The notes beneath the pieces are model-generated. The model saw only the letters and a program-made list of their open reading frames with translations. It was not told the origin of the DNA and did not search any database. The translations under genes and the position numbers were made by a program. This document shows positions 17,498 through 33,698 of a stretch of 64,000 bases of DNA, one piece after another. Source of the DNA: Octopus vulgaris (Eukaryota); NCBI GenBank assembly GCA_951406725.2, contig OX597818.1, forward strand, positions 36,332,001 to 36,396,000. Direction: 5' to 3'. Positions within the stretch are counted from its first letter, which is position 1; every line of letters starts with the position of its first letter.

Positions 17498-18370
17498 CAA
17501 AGGATTTTGACAACTGTTCTTATAGATGTTACAATACCTGAAAAAGAATACAGAATACTATAAGCATTTTTAGGAAAGATATCTAATGTACCTACCAGGC
17601 AAGGGAATTCGTGATTCTGACCTTATTTTCCTTATTTATGAATATTTAGTGTTTGTTCATGCAAAATATAGAATTACACAGAATATGGGACCTGGCTATA
17701 AATTGTAGAAGAAAATACATTCTCATAGGATTTTGAACTCTTTTTTTATTTTGCAGTGATGACCACACCCTTCCCCCTTTCTTATTTCTTCCATCCTACT
17801 TCCTAAAATTGGCACATTTGAAAGGTCACCAGCCCTTGTGAGAAAATGTGTTTATTTACAAATATGTTAATAAGTATGCAATGTAAAAAGAAAAAAAAAT
17901 GAAAGAAATGAGAAAAAAAAGAAATGAAATTTCAATGAATTGACCACACCAAAATGAAAAGAAGCCTCTCTCTTTCTTTCCCTCTCACTCGCTCCCTCTC
18001 TCTCTTTCTCCCTATCTATCTATCTATCTATTTTATCTATTTCTCCTTTTCCTATCCTTTATTATTATCCTTATTTTTTTCTCCTTCTTCATTGACCTGA
18101 AATCTCCCTCTCTCTCTTTCTCTCTCTGTTACCCCCCGCATTTTGCTTTTCTTTCTCTTTCTGTCCCCTTTTCAAGAAAAAAATCGATATTCTCCTCTTC
18201 TAAATAAAACAAACGAAAAAAAAAAACAACCGTTTCATATAAATGAAAAACGAAATATTCTGTCTTTTCGTATTTTGATTTTGATTTTGTCCTGACAAGT
18301 TCATAAAAGAGCGAAAGCGCTGTTTAAGGATTATCCAAAATTCTGACTTCCTCATCTCTCTCTCTCTCTC

Positions 18371-18456
<86 letters not shown>

Positions 18457-18473
18457 CATATATATATATACAT

Positions 18474-19777
<1,304 letters not shown>

Positions 19778-19890
19778 AAATTTATAGAAAAACAAAAGAC
19801 GAGGACAGGTGTAGGAACGACAATCAAGTGTATTAGTTTGACGCTCGGGAAAAGGAAAAATGACTGGGAAAAAGTTTGAAAGAAAAGGTG

Positions 19891-19951
<61 letters not shown>

Positions 19952-19956
19952 TAATG

Positions 19957-20004
<48 letters not shown>

Positions 20005-20007
<3 letters not shown>

Positions 20008-20400
20008 AGCAGGGGTAGCTGTGTGGTAAGTGGCTTGCTTACCTACCATATGGTTCCGGGTTCAATCTCACTGCATGGCACCTTGGGAAAATGTATTCTA
20101 CAGTAGCCTCGGGCCGACCAATGCCTTGTGAGTGGATTTCGTAGACAGAAACTGAAAGAAGCTCATCTGACATATATATATATGTTTGTATGTCTGTGTT
20201 TGTTCCCATCACCGCCACCACCACCGCTTGACAAACGATGCTGGTGTGTTTACGTACCCGTAACTTAGCGGTTCGGCAAAAGATACTGATAGAATAAGTA
20301 CTATGCTTACAAAGAATAAGTCCAGAGGTTGATTTGTTCGATTACAGGCGGTGCTCCAGTCTGGCTGCTATCAAATGACTGAAACAAATGAAAGAAGAAT
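20005..20400 (+). mobile_element. SINE family B with internal microsatellite and LINE-like tail (representative copy)
   Basis: A/B boxes (TAGCTGTGTGG..GGGTTCAATC) and tail GGCGGTGCTCCAG..CTGAAAC. Other copies 31810-32165(-), 42440-42577, 51610-52020(-), 55830-56185, 60635-60895(-), 62660-62855, 63035-63400(-). Confidence 0.9.
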
Positions 20401-21102
20401 ATATATATACTTAGCTCAGGCATTGCGATAGTAATAATCTGGTGCTGAACTCAATATATGTATATAGCGGTTCCAAGAAAAACGAGAATAGAAAGGGATA
20501 ACTGATTATCTTTATTACTTTACAGCTGTTTCCGCTATGGGATGCATTGAACCTAAGTGTAAACAGCGAAAAGCTAATAAAGTTCATAAGATAACCGTTT
20601 AATCCTTTGTCGTCTTTTTTATCTTATACACACAAACACACACTCACACACACACACACACACGCAGCCACGAAAACGCACATGTATTGGCGTATGTGTA
20701 TAAACTCGCAAAAGACAACTCAGTTTGATGCAAGTTTTATGAGAATAAATTCATCGCATTTTGAAATACGCTTATCGTTTACAGGCATACGGAAAACAAA
20801 AACATCGCAAAATAACTGAGATACTTAAAATAGTCACGACTGAATGTATGTGGGACATTTAGAGCAATAGGAATGTTTTTTACGGACATTTGTAGCTACT
20901 ACTTCTCGCAAAGTTCACACGACGAACAATGCTTATGTTTGACATCAGTGAAATTCACAGAAACAGAGAGTGAAATTTTTATAAAAATCACTTAATTTAC
21001 ATACTTCGTACGTGAGCTAAACACACACACCAATACATACACGTACACACATACATAAAACTATACTCATGTATTCACACACACACACACAATATATATA
21101 TA

Positions 21103-21147
<45 letters not shown>

Positions 21148-21423
21148 AGAAGCAATGGTCCAGTGGTTAGGGCAGTGGACTTGCGGTCGGATGATCGCGG
21201 TTTCGATTCCCAGACCGGGCGTTGTGTGTGTTTATTGAGCGAAAACACCTAAAGCTCCACGAGGCTCCGGCAGAAGGTGGTGGCGAACCGTGTTGTACTC
21301 TTTCGCTCCAACTTTCTTTCACCCTTTCTTCTTGTTTCTTAAATAACGCTGCTGGGGGGAACACATACGCTATAGAAACCGCTAAACCGGACCCATGAGC
21401 CTGGATAGGCTTGAAAAGGGCGC

Positions 21424-21472
<49 letters not shown>

Positions 21473-21512
21473 TAAATTAGAGATCACGTTGCTCCAGTTC
21501 ACTCAGCTGGTG

Positions 21513-21830
21513 CCACTATTAGGCAGATCAAACAATGAAGAACTTAAGCCAATACATAAAATTAATTCATTTATATTATTTTAAATATATCTCAAAAGTA
21601 TTAAAAGTTCATTGCTAAACCTCGCTAAGATAAATATTTCAATTACCTGAAGATTGACTGTAACCATAACTCGAAATATTACGAATTGGACAGCCATGAA
21701 ACGATCGTAGTGTTTTACTCATTATCTTTTATTAAACTTTTAATACTTTTGATATATATTTAAAATAATATAAATTAATTAATTTTATGTATTGGCTTAA
21801 GTTTTCATTGTTTGATTTGCCTAATAGTGG
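21513..21830. repeat. Inverted repeat (~95-bp arms) with a hammerhead-like core in the spacer
   Basis: CCACTATTAGGCAGATCAAACAATG.. / ..CATTGTTTGATTTGCCTAATAGTGG. CTGAAGA at 21647, GAAA at 21673. Confidence 0.85.
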
Positions 21831-21931
21831 TTTTATCTCTAATTTAATATAATATAATATTTTACTATAAAATTGGATTCAATCCTAAATCTGATTTTTC
21901 CATGTAAGTTTGGATTTATTCCCTAATATTT

Positions 21932-21963
<32 letters not shown>

Positions 21964-23679
21964 CATATACGTATCGAGATACATATATATGCACACAGGC
22001 ATAGAGACGAATGCAATATATGCTTTTTTGCGCGTGTGTTTACAGACTTGAATGAGCATGGCTCAGTTGTTAGAGAATCGGACTTACAATCGTGTGGTGA
22101 GTTTTGAACTTGGATTGGGTTCTGTTGCGTTTTTCAACAGGTCAGTGTATTTCACGTTGCTCCAGTTCACTCAGCTGGTGCCAAACTATATCGGTCTTTG
22201 CCTTTCCCTTGGGTAACATCAGTGGTGTGGAGAGGGGAAACTGATGTGCATGACCGACTGCGTCTCTTCCACAAACAATCCTGCCCGTACTTGTGCCTCG
22301 GAGAACTTTCTTGGTGGAATCACACGGGCATTGGTGACCGAAGGTGTTTTTACCCTTTATACAAACATACATGCATCTACATATGCATATGTATTTTTAT
22401 GTAATATATATTGTGGCAGAAGCTTGCCCTCCCCTCCACACACACAGACACCAATACTTTGACTATATAAGGTTGTTGTTCTGTCCTCTATTTATTTCTG
22501 CATTACTTCACTTTTTCTCTTTATATACGTTATATATAATATACGTTAATTCTTTTTTTTCGATTGGTATGTTTTAACTGTAATCACAGCAAATTTTTAT
22601 AGTTTCTGTTATATCTTGAAAATGTAAAGGAAGACGCAGTTTCAGGTTCAATATCACTATACACTACCATGGGAAAATGTTTTCTGCCATAGCATAGAGT
22701 CTGCCAAAAGTATGGGAGCTAAATTTAGTAGACAGGAAGTTTATGGAGACCTTCGGATTCGCCGTTTCATTTCTTAGCTGTTAAAGTTAATCAATCGTCT
22801 GCTTTACCATAATCATCTGAATCCTAGGTTCTTTCGACGCTAATCATCAATGGTACTGAAAATGGCCGTCTGTTTACAGAAAATCATGCAGTTAGAGTAT
22901 ATATTTCTTTACTACCCACAAGGGGCTAAACATAGAGGGGACAAGCAAGGACAGAAAAAACGAGTTAAGTCGATTACATCGACCCCAGTGCGTAACTGGT
23001 ACTTAATTTATCGACCCCGAAAGGATGAAAGGCACAGTCGGCCTCGGCAGTGCCTAATCTACTCTAGGTTAATTGAGTCAAAAACCGTGATGCAAGAAAT
23101 AGTTTTCGCTTTCTGCATTTAGCTCATCTGGTAACAACTTATGACGATACAAACAGATATAGTGTCCTTTAGGTTTTAATAGAGACTATACTTTCCATAT
23201 GTCACAAATTGTTATTATCTACTATAGGCTTGTTATATGACAAAATGACTTTTATATGTATAAAGTGATATTTTCTCTTTTATAAATTGTTCAGTGTGAC
23301 ACTGAATGTTTTCTTGGGTTCTTAAAATATATTATCCTTATACCCATGTGCGTAAAATTGTATTCATTTACGCCATTTACTCATGTCACAAGCTACAATT
23401 GAATGAAATTTTGCAACAGTATTATGGAATAATGTTTCCTTGATTTATCCAAGTTTCATAAAGAGATTCTTTAAATGGAAGTGTAAAATATAAAATGTGT
23501 TTGCTACGATTAAGCGTAATTAAATTGAATTGGTAGAGTTAAATTTCATAAAAAATGTTAAGGAAGTCAAAGAGAGAGAGTAAAAGAAACAGTACAATAA
23601 TCGAAGACAACTAGGCAGGTTTTGCTTTCTAGAGATTATATTATATTCATTTAAAAATCAAAAGTATATAAGGGATAAG

Positions 23680-23900
23680 ACGGCGAGCTGGCAGAAACGT
23701 TAGCACGCCGGGCGAAATGCGTAGCCATATTTTGTCTGCCGTTACGTTCTGAGTTCAAATGCCGTTGAGGTCGACTTTGCCTTTCATCCTTTCGGGGTCG
23801 ATAAATTAAGTACCAGTTACGCACTGGGGTCAATGTAATCGACTTATTCCCTTTGTTTGTCCTCTCTATGTTTAGCCCCTTGTGGGTAGTAAAGAAATAT
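23680..23900 (+). mobile_element. SINE family A (representative copy)
   Basis: tRNA-like head (TGGCAGAAACGTTAG..GAGTTCAAAT) and core CCTTTCATCCTTTCGGGGTCGATAAATTAAGTACCAG. Other copies near 3445, 4508, 4895, 5245, 22905(-), 36478, 45625(-), 46654, 46920, 47530, 49010(-), 49435, 50889, 52070(-). Confidence 0.9.
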
Positions 23901-24224
23901 ATATTGTTTCAATGCCTCGTAGAAAATGCATATCGCAAAAGCAATCAAGTATTTTAAACTCGGTTTAGAGAACCTTATGGAAACTTGTTTGGGAAGAGTT
24001 TATAGACAAAGCATGCAAAATTATGAGAACAGGCTTACACTACAATATGTGTATAGCCGGAACGATTGAAATGTTATTTCTATGATACAGAGACAATAAG
24101 GTAAATTGAAGAGTATGAGCAAATCTTGTGTTGCCGCACATGAATGAATCTTGAATTTGTTTGCTGCAGAATTTGATGAACTCTCAAAACAAATCACACG
24201 CAATTTGCAAAGTATATTGCTTTC

Positions 24225-24617
24225 AAATTTTGGTACAAGGCTAGACATTTTGGGGTTAAGTCGATTGAATCGACCCCAGTGCTCAACTGGTACTTAACTT
24301 ATCATCCCCAAAGGGATAACAGGCAAGGTTGACCTCGGCAGAATTTGAACTCAGAACGTAGCGGCAGACGAAATACCTATTTCTATTTCTTTACTACCCA
24401 CAAGGGGCTAAACACAAAGAGGACAAACAAGGACAGATAAATAGATTAAGTCGATTATATCGACCCCAGTGCGTAACTGGTACTTAATTTATCGACCCCG
24501 AAAGGATGAGAGGCAAAGTTGACCTCGGCGGAATTTGAACTCAGCACGTAACGGCAGACGAAATACCGCTAAGCATTTTGCCTGGCGTGCTAATGATTCT
24601 GCCAGTTCACCGCTTTC
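24225..24617 (-). mobile_element. SINE family A, head-to-tail dimer
   Basis: Two consecutive core units, the second lacking the 5' head. Confidence 0.85.
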
Positions 24618-25493
24618 AATTCTCAAATTATATTGCTAATAAATCACACCCTTCTGTCTTGTTCAGTTTTGCTTAACATTCTCTGATGGAGAATATTATA
24701 TTGAGGAAAATGTTTATATTGTTATTTAGTTGTTAGAAACAAATCTACTAATAATCCTTAGAGACTTTGTTGCAAGTATTATCTGATGAATTACAAAAGA
24801 GTATATTATAAATTGGAGAAGAATTATCGACGATGCTCTGCCACTGATATTTTTTTCAAAAGTAAAATGTATTATGGTATAAGTAAAGAATTATGCTTTT
24901 CGAGTCCTTGGAAAATTTTAAGGTCTACTTGGTATAAAAGTTGAAGGAGTTAAAAACAAAATATTCACAATATTTTAGAATATTTCTGTGGATTTTTATT
25001 CATGTCGCACTCTAAAAAAAATGTTTGCATTCATGTCACTACTAATAAAATATATAAAAAGTCTCTTCTTTGTTCTTTCATGCTAAACTGAATTACATAC
25101 CTTATAATTACAACATTATTAATAAGAATGTAATTTGTAAACTACCATCTTATTATTTGTATAAACCAGTTGGGTTTATGCAAATACCAGTTGGTTGGTT
25201 TAGAATTTTCGAGAATTTACTCCTACGGTGAACTGCATTTTATCAGCCCTAATTACCATTTGTTTTTAACCATTAAAGACGTAATATTAGTAGCATAATA
25301 GCTATCGGGTCCCGACCTCAAGCAGATATACATATAAACATGTATGTGCGTGTCCGTCCGTGTGTCCGAGGAGATAGTCTTATATTTCAAGGTTCACGAA
25401 TCTTTAAGTAACAAGAGGAGATTAATTAACCTGTTAATAAATACAATTTCAACTGTATGTGCTAACTGCTACTTCCGATAGTCTGTTCATTCG

Positions 25494-25591
<98 letters not shown>

Positions 25592-25601
25592 ATACATGCA
25601 C

Positions 25602-25635
<34 letters not shown>

Positions 25636-25894
25636 GAATAAGACAAGTTCTTACAAAATATACAGGATACTCTGGGCGTTCCTCTCAACTAAGCCACTAA
25701 TTAAACATTTATCAAATAATTCACTTTACTAACTTCTGTGGTGGTACAGCTACTATTTCATTAGTTGATTTAACAATATTAATAATGTATTTAATTTCAG
25801 ATTAATGCGATTTGATATTGTGGGATTTGTCCCTCAATATCTAAACCCTTTTAAATAGCATATTTAGATTCAGTAAATTTTATTATAGAATGGA

Positions 25895-26253
25895 TGGTTA
25901 CGACGACGAGGGTTCCGGTTGATCCGATCAACAGAACAGCCTGCTCGTGAAATTAACGTGTAAGTGGCTGAGCACTCCACAGGCACGTGTACCCTTAACG
26001 TAGTTCTCGGGGATATTCAGCGTGACACGGAGAGTGACAAGGCCGGCCCTTTGAAATACAGGTACAACAGAAACAGGAAGTAAGAGTGAGAGAAAGTTGT
26101 GGTGAAAGAGTACAGCAGGGATCACCACCACACCCTGCCGGAGTCTCGTGGAGTTTTAGGTGTTTTCGCTCAATAAACACTTACAACGCCCGGTCTGGGA
26201 ATCGAAACCGCGATCCTACGACCGCGAGTCCGCTGCCCTAACCACTGGGCCAT
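25895..26253 (-). mobile_element. SINE family C copy
   Basis: Nearly identical to 55278-55664. Related heads with variant bodies at 21146-21425, 22058-22350, 47926-48240 and 62346-62660. Confidence 0.9.
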
Positions 26254-26254
26254 G

Positions 26255-27100
26255 AAAGAGGGATCATGTTACATACTGGAAAATTCCTAAATTATGAAAC
26301 AAGACAAGAGCAAAAACAAATCAGCTCGTCTAAAAATTAAACACAGTGAGTTCTTTTGTTGTAAGTATGTGGGAGTATGACAAAGCGGAGATTTGTTATT
26401 GTGTGGGATTATTATATCCTAAGTGTGCTAAAGTGCTATATCATTATAAACGATGGCCTATACAGAGATGACAGGTTGGCTGTGGGCCAAAATGACAGCA
26501 GATATAATTTAGACGCAAGACAAAAGAGCTTATTAAACCATTTAATATTTTCGGTCTAAAATAATTCTCAAAACTATTTAAGCCATTATCAAATATTTCC
26601 CCTGTTACCCACAATTTTCCTAAAAACTTACAAAAACACTTCGTCACACCTAGCGAAGAATATACTTGCATTAACATTTCTGACATCTGTCCGTATTTTT
26701 GAAACATCTAATTAGTAACATTAATTAAAGGATATCTAATTTATCATCAATTAAAATATCTTCAAGTCAGTTCTTATTATAATAATATTCTAGAAACCAG
26801 TTGATTCAAACGTAACATTACATCCATCCATCCGCCATCCCACATTACAAAAGCAGAAATATCTCGTGGTTTATATTTTCTATTTTGTTTGGTATGAAGT
26901 CCAATCCACTACTCGTAAATATAGAATATTATTCTATGGGGAAAAGTTCAAGTTAAGTTGTAGTGCCATCGCTAGCATAGTAGTACATAAATAAACTACA
27001 TAGGCATGACTGAAGAAATATTTAAGCAACACCCCTGAATAATTGAAAACATGGGGAAACGGTTTTAATTACAAGTGGCAATTGAAAGTAAACGTGGGGA
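26255..27100 (+). mobile_element. Decayed, internally deleted Penelope-like element (RT + GIY-YIG)
   Basis: YDKAEICYCVGL, GLYRDDRLAV (YRDD catalytic motif), YIGMTEEIFKQ. Confidence 0.75.
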
Positions 27101-28271
27101 TGAATAGTTAGTGTTACACTATTTAGAGAACGAAAGCATATAGAAAGCTGAACAGAATATATGAAGAGCGGAAAAAGAACCTCAATCATAAAATTCTTTG
27201 GTGTTCTTCGAAATTCCAAAACGTAAGAATAGGATTTTTTAAAATATTGACAATAAAGAGTATTTATTGAAACACATCACCAGCAACTTAAACTTACACC
27301 CCACACGTAACACAAAAATTTTCGCACACTTGTTATATATACAGGCTTATAGTATAATGTATGTACAATTAGAAAATGTGCGTTCACACACAAATATATA
27401 TATGGTCATTAATTAGGCAGTGATTTACTCAATAAATTTCCTCATTTAATACTTCATACAGAATACTAATTCCTCTCATTTCTCCTTCAATTACACTTCC
27501 TCCTATTTTATTTAGGGCGCTTTCAACTAGCCTACAGATTAGTAACTATATTTAAACATAGAGTAAAAAAAAATAGATATAGTTTTGTCCAAGGTTAGTT
27601 TGATAATTAAACATACAAAAGCATTAATTTTAGTCATGAAATTAGAGTTATCTGTATTAAATCTCGTCCACACAATACTTTTATTTTGTATAATTTTCTT
27701 GTGTGGAATGTAAAATTAAAATGAAGTACAAAATGGTAATGATTATTAAGAAAAAGGTGATATAACACAAAATATATATATATATGTAATTTGTATTTCA
27801 AATATAAAGTGTGATTTCTGAGTTTCAGGCAATTTTACCTGGGCTTCACTGAAGAGATCTTTCACAAAGAAATATAAACTCATATTAACAAAAAACAGAT
27901 TGTACATCCTTAACATGCACACTAGTATAAAATAATTTTTAATTATCAAACAATGGAAATAAATTATAAACGGATAAAAAACGAAAAATAAACGAAAAAC
28001 AACGAACGTGACGACGGGCAGAAAAAGTATATTAGATTGCTACTCGGTGAAAAGAGAAACTTTGACGTTTCGAGTATAGCACTTTGTCGGAAAGGAGAAA
28101 GGGAAGATTTAAAAAAAGGAGGAAAAGAAGAAATCTCTAACGGGTCAAATGTAGTCACATTGCATGTATATATATATAAGTCTGTGTGGAAAGAAGTTGT
28201 TGTTTCCTAGAGATATATTTATCCAAGCATAAACCGGTTTCAATGCAAAGAAAGTGGAGAATGTGCACAAA

Positions 28272-28339
<68 letters not shown>

Positions 28340-28805
28340 GTGTGTATGTGTGCGTATATACATACGTATGTATGTATGTATACATATGTAAATACATGCA
28401 TACAGAAAACGAATGGGTCTAATTTTACTACAGCTGTTTCAGAGGCATTTTTACTGATAAATAATTCGGTAACATCATTGAATAACAGCGTTTTATTCAG
28501 GCGAATTAAATTGGAAATTTCGTTCGGAAAAAATACCAGAAAGTTGAATCTGTGTTGACACTTTCAATTTCATAAAAAATAAAAGTGTGTATATATATAT
28601 ATATATAAATATATGTATATATTTCGTTTTTGGATTTGGTTTGCAAGATTCTTAATATGAGTTCGTGTGTTGAAGCATATTCTGTTGTGTCTGGGGAGAG
28701 TCATTTTCTTTTTGTGCCTGATTATTTAACACACACACGGGTAAAATTTCCACTTTTTTCTTACTTTTATTCTCCTAAAATTTTCGGTGCGTCTTGCAAC
28801 CTTTT

Positions 28806-28809
<4 letters not shown>

Positions 28810-28867
<58 letters not shown>

Positions 28868-29387
28868 TTATATATAGATATATATACACTTATATATATA
28901 TATATATAAAATATATATGTGCACATGTGTGTATGCGTATAAATGTATATATGTATATTTATATTTATATATATATATCTATCTCTATATATATATGACG
29001 ATATACATATATATATATATGCATACTCATATATAATTATGCATACATACGTACATGAATACACCCACACATACACACACACATATATTATCTTATATCA
29101 TAGTATATTATAACATATTATACATTATATTATATTATACTGTATTATATTAGACCATATTATATTATGTTTAATAATTTCATATTATATCTCATGCAAA
29201 CAAAAATTTGTATAAGAATCTATGTACATGGGTAAATATAGAATCCCTTGAGTGAAAGAGAATCTGCAAAATTTGAGAATGGGCATTGGTGACACTATGA
29301 AGACCCAACAAATCAGTTTTAACTTTAATTCTTAAATTTTATTATTCCTTCTTGCTTTTAATCATGAGCTACTTAAATACACACGTA

Positions 29388-29481
<94 letters not shown>

Positions 29482-30096
29482 TGTGTGTGCATATGTATGT
29501 ATGTATGTACGTATGCATATATATCCGTACATATGCTTATATACTCATAGATATCTACACACACATATGAATATATTGACATACATAAATATATATATAC
29601 GTTTGTTTACGTTTTTGTCTAGAAATATTTACATGTACCTGTATTTATGAATGTACATGTATATATGTATATATATTTACATCAATTTATGTATGCACCA
29701 ATCTATCAACATATGTCTTTTATTTATATACTCATACATATATATACATCCATGTTTATGTGTATATTAATGTCTATGTATATCTGTGTATATATATGTA
29801 CATACATATATACACACGCATATAAATATACACACATATATTTATATAACATGAAATGGATATACATATATAAAAGAACTAAATATATAAGTCAATATGA
29901 GTATACATACATGCATATATACGTATCCATGAATGCTGGAGTATACATATATATGTGTGTATATGCATTCATATATACATATATATACATATAAATATAT
30001 ATATACATATATATATATATATAAATTTACATGTGTATATACATATATATATATATATGTATGTATATATATGCATGTTTCGTATACGTATAAATG

Positions 30097-30172
<76 letters not shown>

Positions 30173-30478
30173 CATATGCAGAGATGTAATAATGCATATG
30201 TATATATACTTTCATATACAAACATGTGTATACAAGCATATATAAACACATATATATATCTATATATGTCTATATATATGTATATATATATATATAAGTA
30301 TGCATTTATGTTTGCATATATATACATATACATTTATATATAAGTATATACATATATATAAATATATATATGTATGTGTATATATATTTATATATATACA
30401 CATATATATATACATATATATACATATATATACATATATATATACATATATATATTTATATACATATGTTTACATGTA

Positions 30479-30510
<32 letters not shown>

Positions 30511-30642
30511 CATCTATAAATATATATATATATATATGTCTATATATAAGTACATACCTTTATATAAATATATATGTATGTGTATATATGTATATATACA
30601 TATATATACATACATATATATGCATGTACACACACACACACA

Positions 30643-30683
<41 letters not shown>

Positions 30684-31171
30684 TATATATATATGTGTAT
30701 ATAAATATATATATTGAGAGAGAGAGAGAGAAAGAGAGAGAGAGATTAAAAAACGTTAATATTTCGTAAAAATCAACTAAAAAAGTCTATATGTACAATT
30801 ACGAATGATTTTTCAGATATAATTCCATAGAATTTATCTCACATCAAACGTATTTAGGTTCAATTTCTACTCTTCCCTTTGTATTACAGGAAATATATTT
30901 ACTGCGTAGTAAGTTATATGTAAGCGGGTAGCACTTGCTATCTGTTCAAGGTGCTTCCACATGTGTGTGTGTGTATGAACGAATTTTATTAAAAAATTTT
31001 TGGGTGCTGCTATGTATGTGTGTGTACATGTGTGTGTCACTCTGTATGTATGTATGTATATGCTTATGTATATAAAGATATATATATATATATATATATA
31101 TATAAGCGTTTGTTAATTTGTATGTTAATATATTTAGGGTACATGGGCGTTTAAGCATGAATTTATATAAC

Positions 31172-31224
<53 letters not shown>

Positions 31225-31585
31225 CAAACATGTATACCAGAGTGCACTGAAAATTAAAAGAAAATATAGGAGGATTAGTTAATTATAATTTTATTCAACG
31301 TATTCCCCTCTCAGATACATGCACTTAGGTTCTTCTGAGCCCTGCACAAGGACTTTGAGTGTTGGGTCTCCGACCAGGGCTTACAAGGCCCCCTTAAAGG
31401 TAGAAACTTTTCAGCACCCTCTCATACACATATGTATATATATATGCAGACACACACACACGCCCAACACACACACACACATATACGCATAGACAGATAT
31501 ATCATATATATATATATATATTTGATATATGATATATATATATATATACAAATATAAGCATATGTAGCTGAATATATAGGATATG

Positions 31586-31635
<50 letters not shown>

Positions 31636-32813
31636 TGTATGTATGAATGCATGAATGTATGTATGTATATCTATATATACGCATATATATATATACATGT
31701 GTACATATATATATTTATGTGTGCGTGTGTATGTGTGCGCATATGCGTATGTGTGTGTGTATGTGTGTGCGTATATACACATACATGTACATATAAATGT
31801 ACACATATACGCATGTTGTGGGACGGGCATGAATGGTTGTGAGAATCGCTCCCATTGTATACTTTTAAGCATGAAACCTCTTCTAACGGTCTGTTTTATT
31901 GAACCGCTAACTTATATAGACATAAGGACACCAACGTCGGTTGTAGGATAGTGTTGGGAGACAAATACAGAACAAATAGAGACACATACAGAGACAGATA
32001 GATAAAGATATGTATATATGACAGCCTTCTTGCAGTTTTCGTCGGGCAAATTCCTTCACAAGTCCTTTGTCATCCTAGGGTTAGATTGGAGGGCCGTCAC
32101 CCAAGATGCAACACAGTAAGAATAACCCCGTAAAGCATGTGTCTGGGAAGCAGACCTCTTATCACATACACATAAATGCACACACACACAAAGACACTCA
32201 CACACACACATGTATGCATATAAAAGGCAGCCATATATCTAACTACCTAACTCTTTCTCTCTCTCCCAATCACTCACTTCCCATCTCCATCGACACACAC
32301 ACAGACATACATATATAAATATGTGTGTGTATGTATGTATGTAGGTATACATGTATGTATGTAGGTAGGTATGTATATTTGTACAACGCTGCAAAGCTGC
32401 ACATATGGTTCTTCAGTAAAATATGACGATGTTCTTTATGCTTCAAACATGATTGCAACAAAATGTTTGATGTTGCTACAAATGTATGCGTGAATATATG
32501 TAAGTTTGCATTCATGCATACATGCATGTGTGTATGTATGTATGTATGTATGCATGTATGCATACATGCATATGTGTATGTATTTCTGTATGTATGTATG
32601 CGTGCATGCATACATGCATTTGTGTTGGTATGTATGTATGTATGTATGCATGTATGCATACATGCATATGTGTATGTATTATGTATGTATGTATGCATGC
32701 ATGCATACATGCATGTGTGTATGTATGTATGTATGCATGTAATTATGTATGTATACGTATGTGTGTGTATATATCCATACCATATATATATATATATACT
32801 TATATATGTGAAT

Positions 32814-32849
<36 letters not shown>

Positions 32850-32909
32850 ACAAACATTACAAACATACATATAAATGTATGCATTAATATATATATATAT
32901 GTGTGTATG

Positions 32910-32960
<51 letters not shown>

Positions 32961-33000
32961 ATGCATTATTTAGTAATTGATTGATATCTACTCAGATATG
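28810..33000. repeat. Compound microsatellite field: (TA)n, (TG)n, (GATA)n, (ATGT)n
   Basis: Direct inspection. Similar fields at 1-300, 840-1205, 3030-3250, 6198-6450, 6701-6797, 10878-11061, 16509-16830, 35465-36220, 48668-48762, 53145-53320. Confidence 0.97.
31235..31426. mobile_element. Degenerate mariner-derived MITE
   Basis: Imperfect TIRs (taccagagtgcactgaaaa / ttttcagcaccctctcata) with TA ends. Internal tttattcaacgtattcccctctcaga is the reverse of a mariner C-terminus (LRGEYVE*). Confidence 0.55.
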
Positions 33001-33227
33001 TGTTGTTGCGTAATAAGCATGTTTATTTACATTAATGTGCTTGCACATGTGATAAAACTGTAGTGAAAAGAGAAATCTGGGCTCCTTCACAACAGAGAGA
33101 AATTGAGAAAGAGGCGGAAGGGAAAATAAAATAGATTGATAAATATTATACCACACAAATCCTTACATACCATCTGTCGCTCTAACACATATTACATTCA
33201 TACCCAGATACCTAGATTAACGTAAAG

Positions 33228-33278
<51 letters not shown>

Positions 33279-33665
33279 AATATATATTTACACACAAATA
33301 TACAGACAGATGCACACGCATTCACATGCACAGTCATTGAGAGAGAGAAAGAGAGAATGAAAGAGAGCAAGAAAAGCAGAGAGATAGAAAATATGAGAGA
33401 AAGAGTGGGAGAGAGAAACATGGTGAGAAACTGATCGAAAATCATACAAAATAATTCCACAGTTGTTAAAGTTTAGAAGTATTTATAATTGCGCAATAGT
33501 TTTGGAGACACTTTAGAATTGCGCAAAATATTGATATCTATGTACACTATGTTGTCATTATACACTTCCTAGTTTCGTACACGTTCATTGTATACATAAA
33601 GGGGCTTCTATGTTGATACTCTGAATATCAAATAAAACAGTCAAATTTGACTGATGACATCTTAC

Positions 33666-33698
33666 CGTCTTGAATATAACGTCTTTTATACACAGTAT
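33666..33698 (-). CDS. Candidate 33-bp exon (phase 1-1)
   Basis: ctattttcacag|ATA..ACG|gtaaga. Continues the previous exon in frame as DTVYKRRYIQD. Confidence 0.4.

Noticed and set aside
33171-33211. Minus-strand AG/GT block encoding YLGMNVICVRATD, and similar blocks at 27839-27858 and 24039-24079
   Set aside because: Short, and phases do not chain unambiguously with the exon model. Such sites arise by chance in AT-rich DNA.
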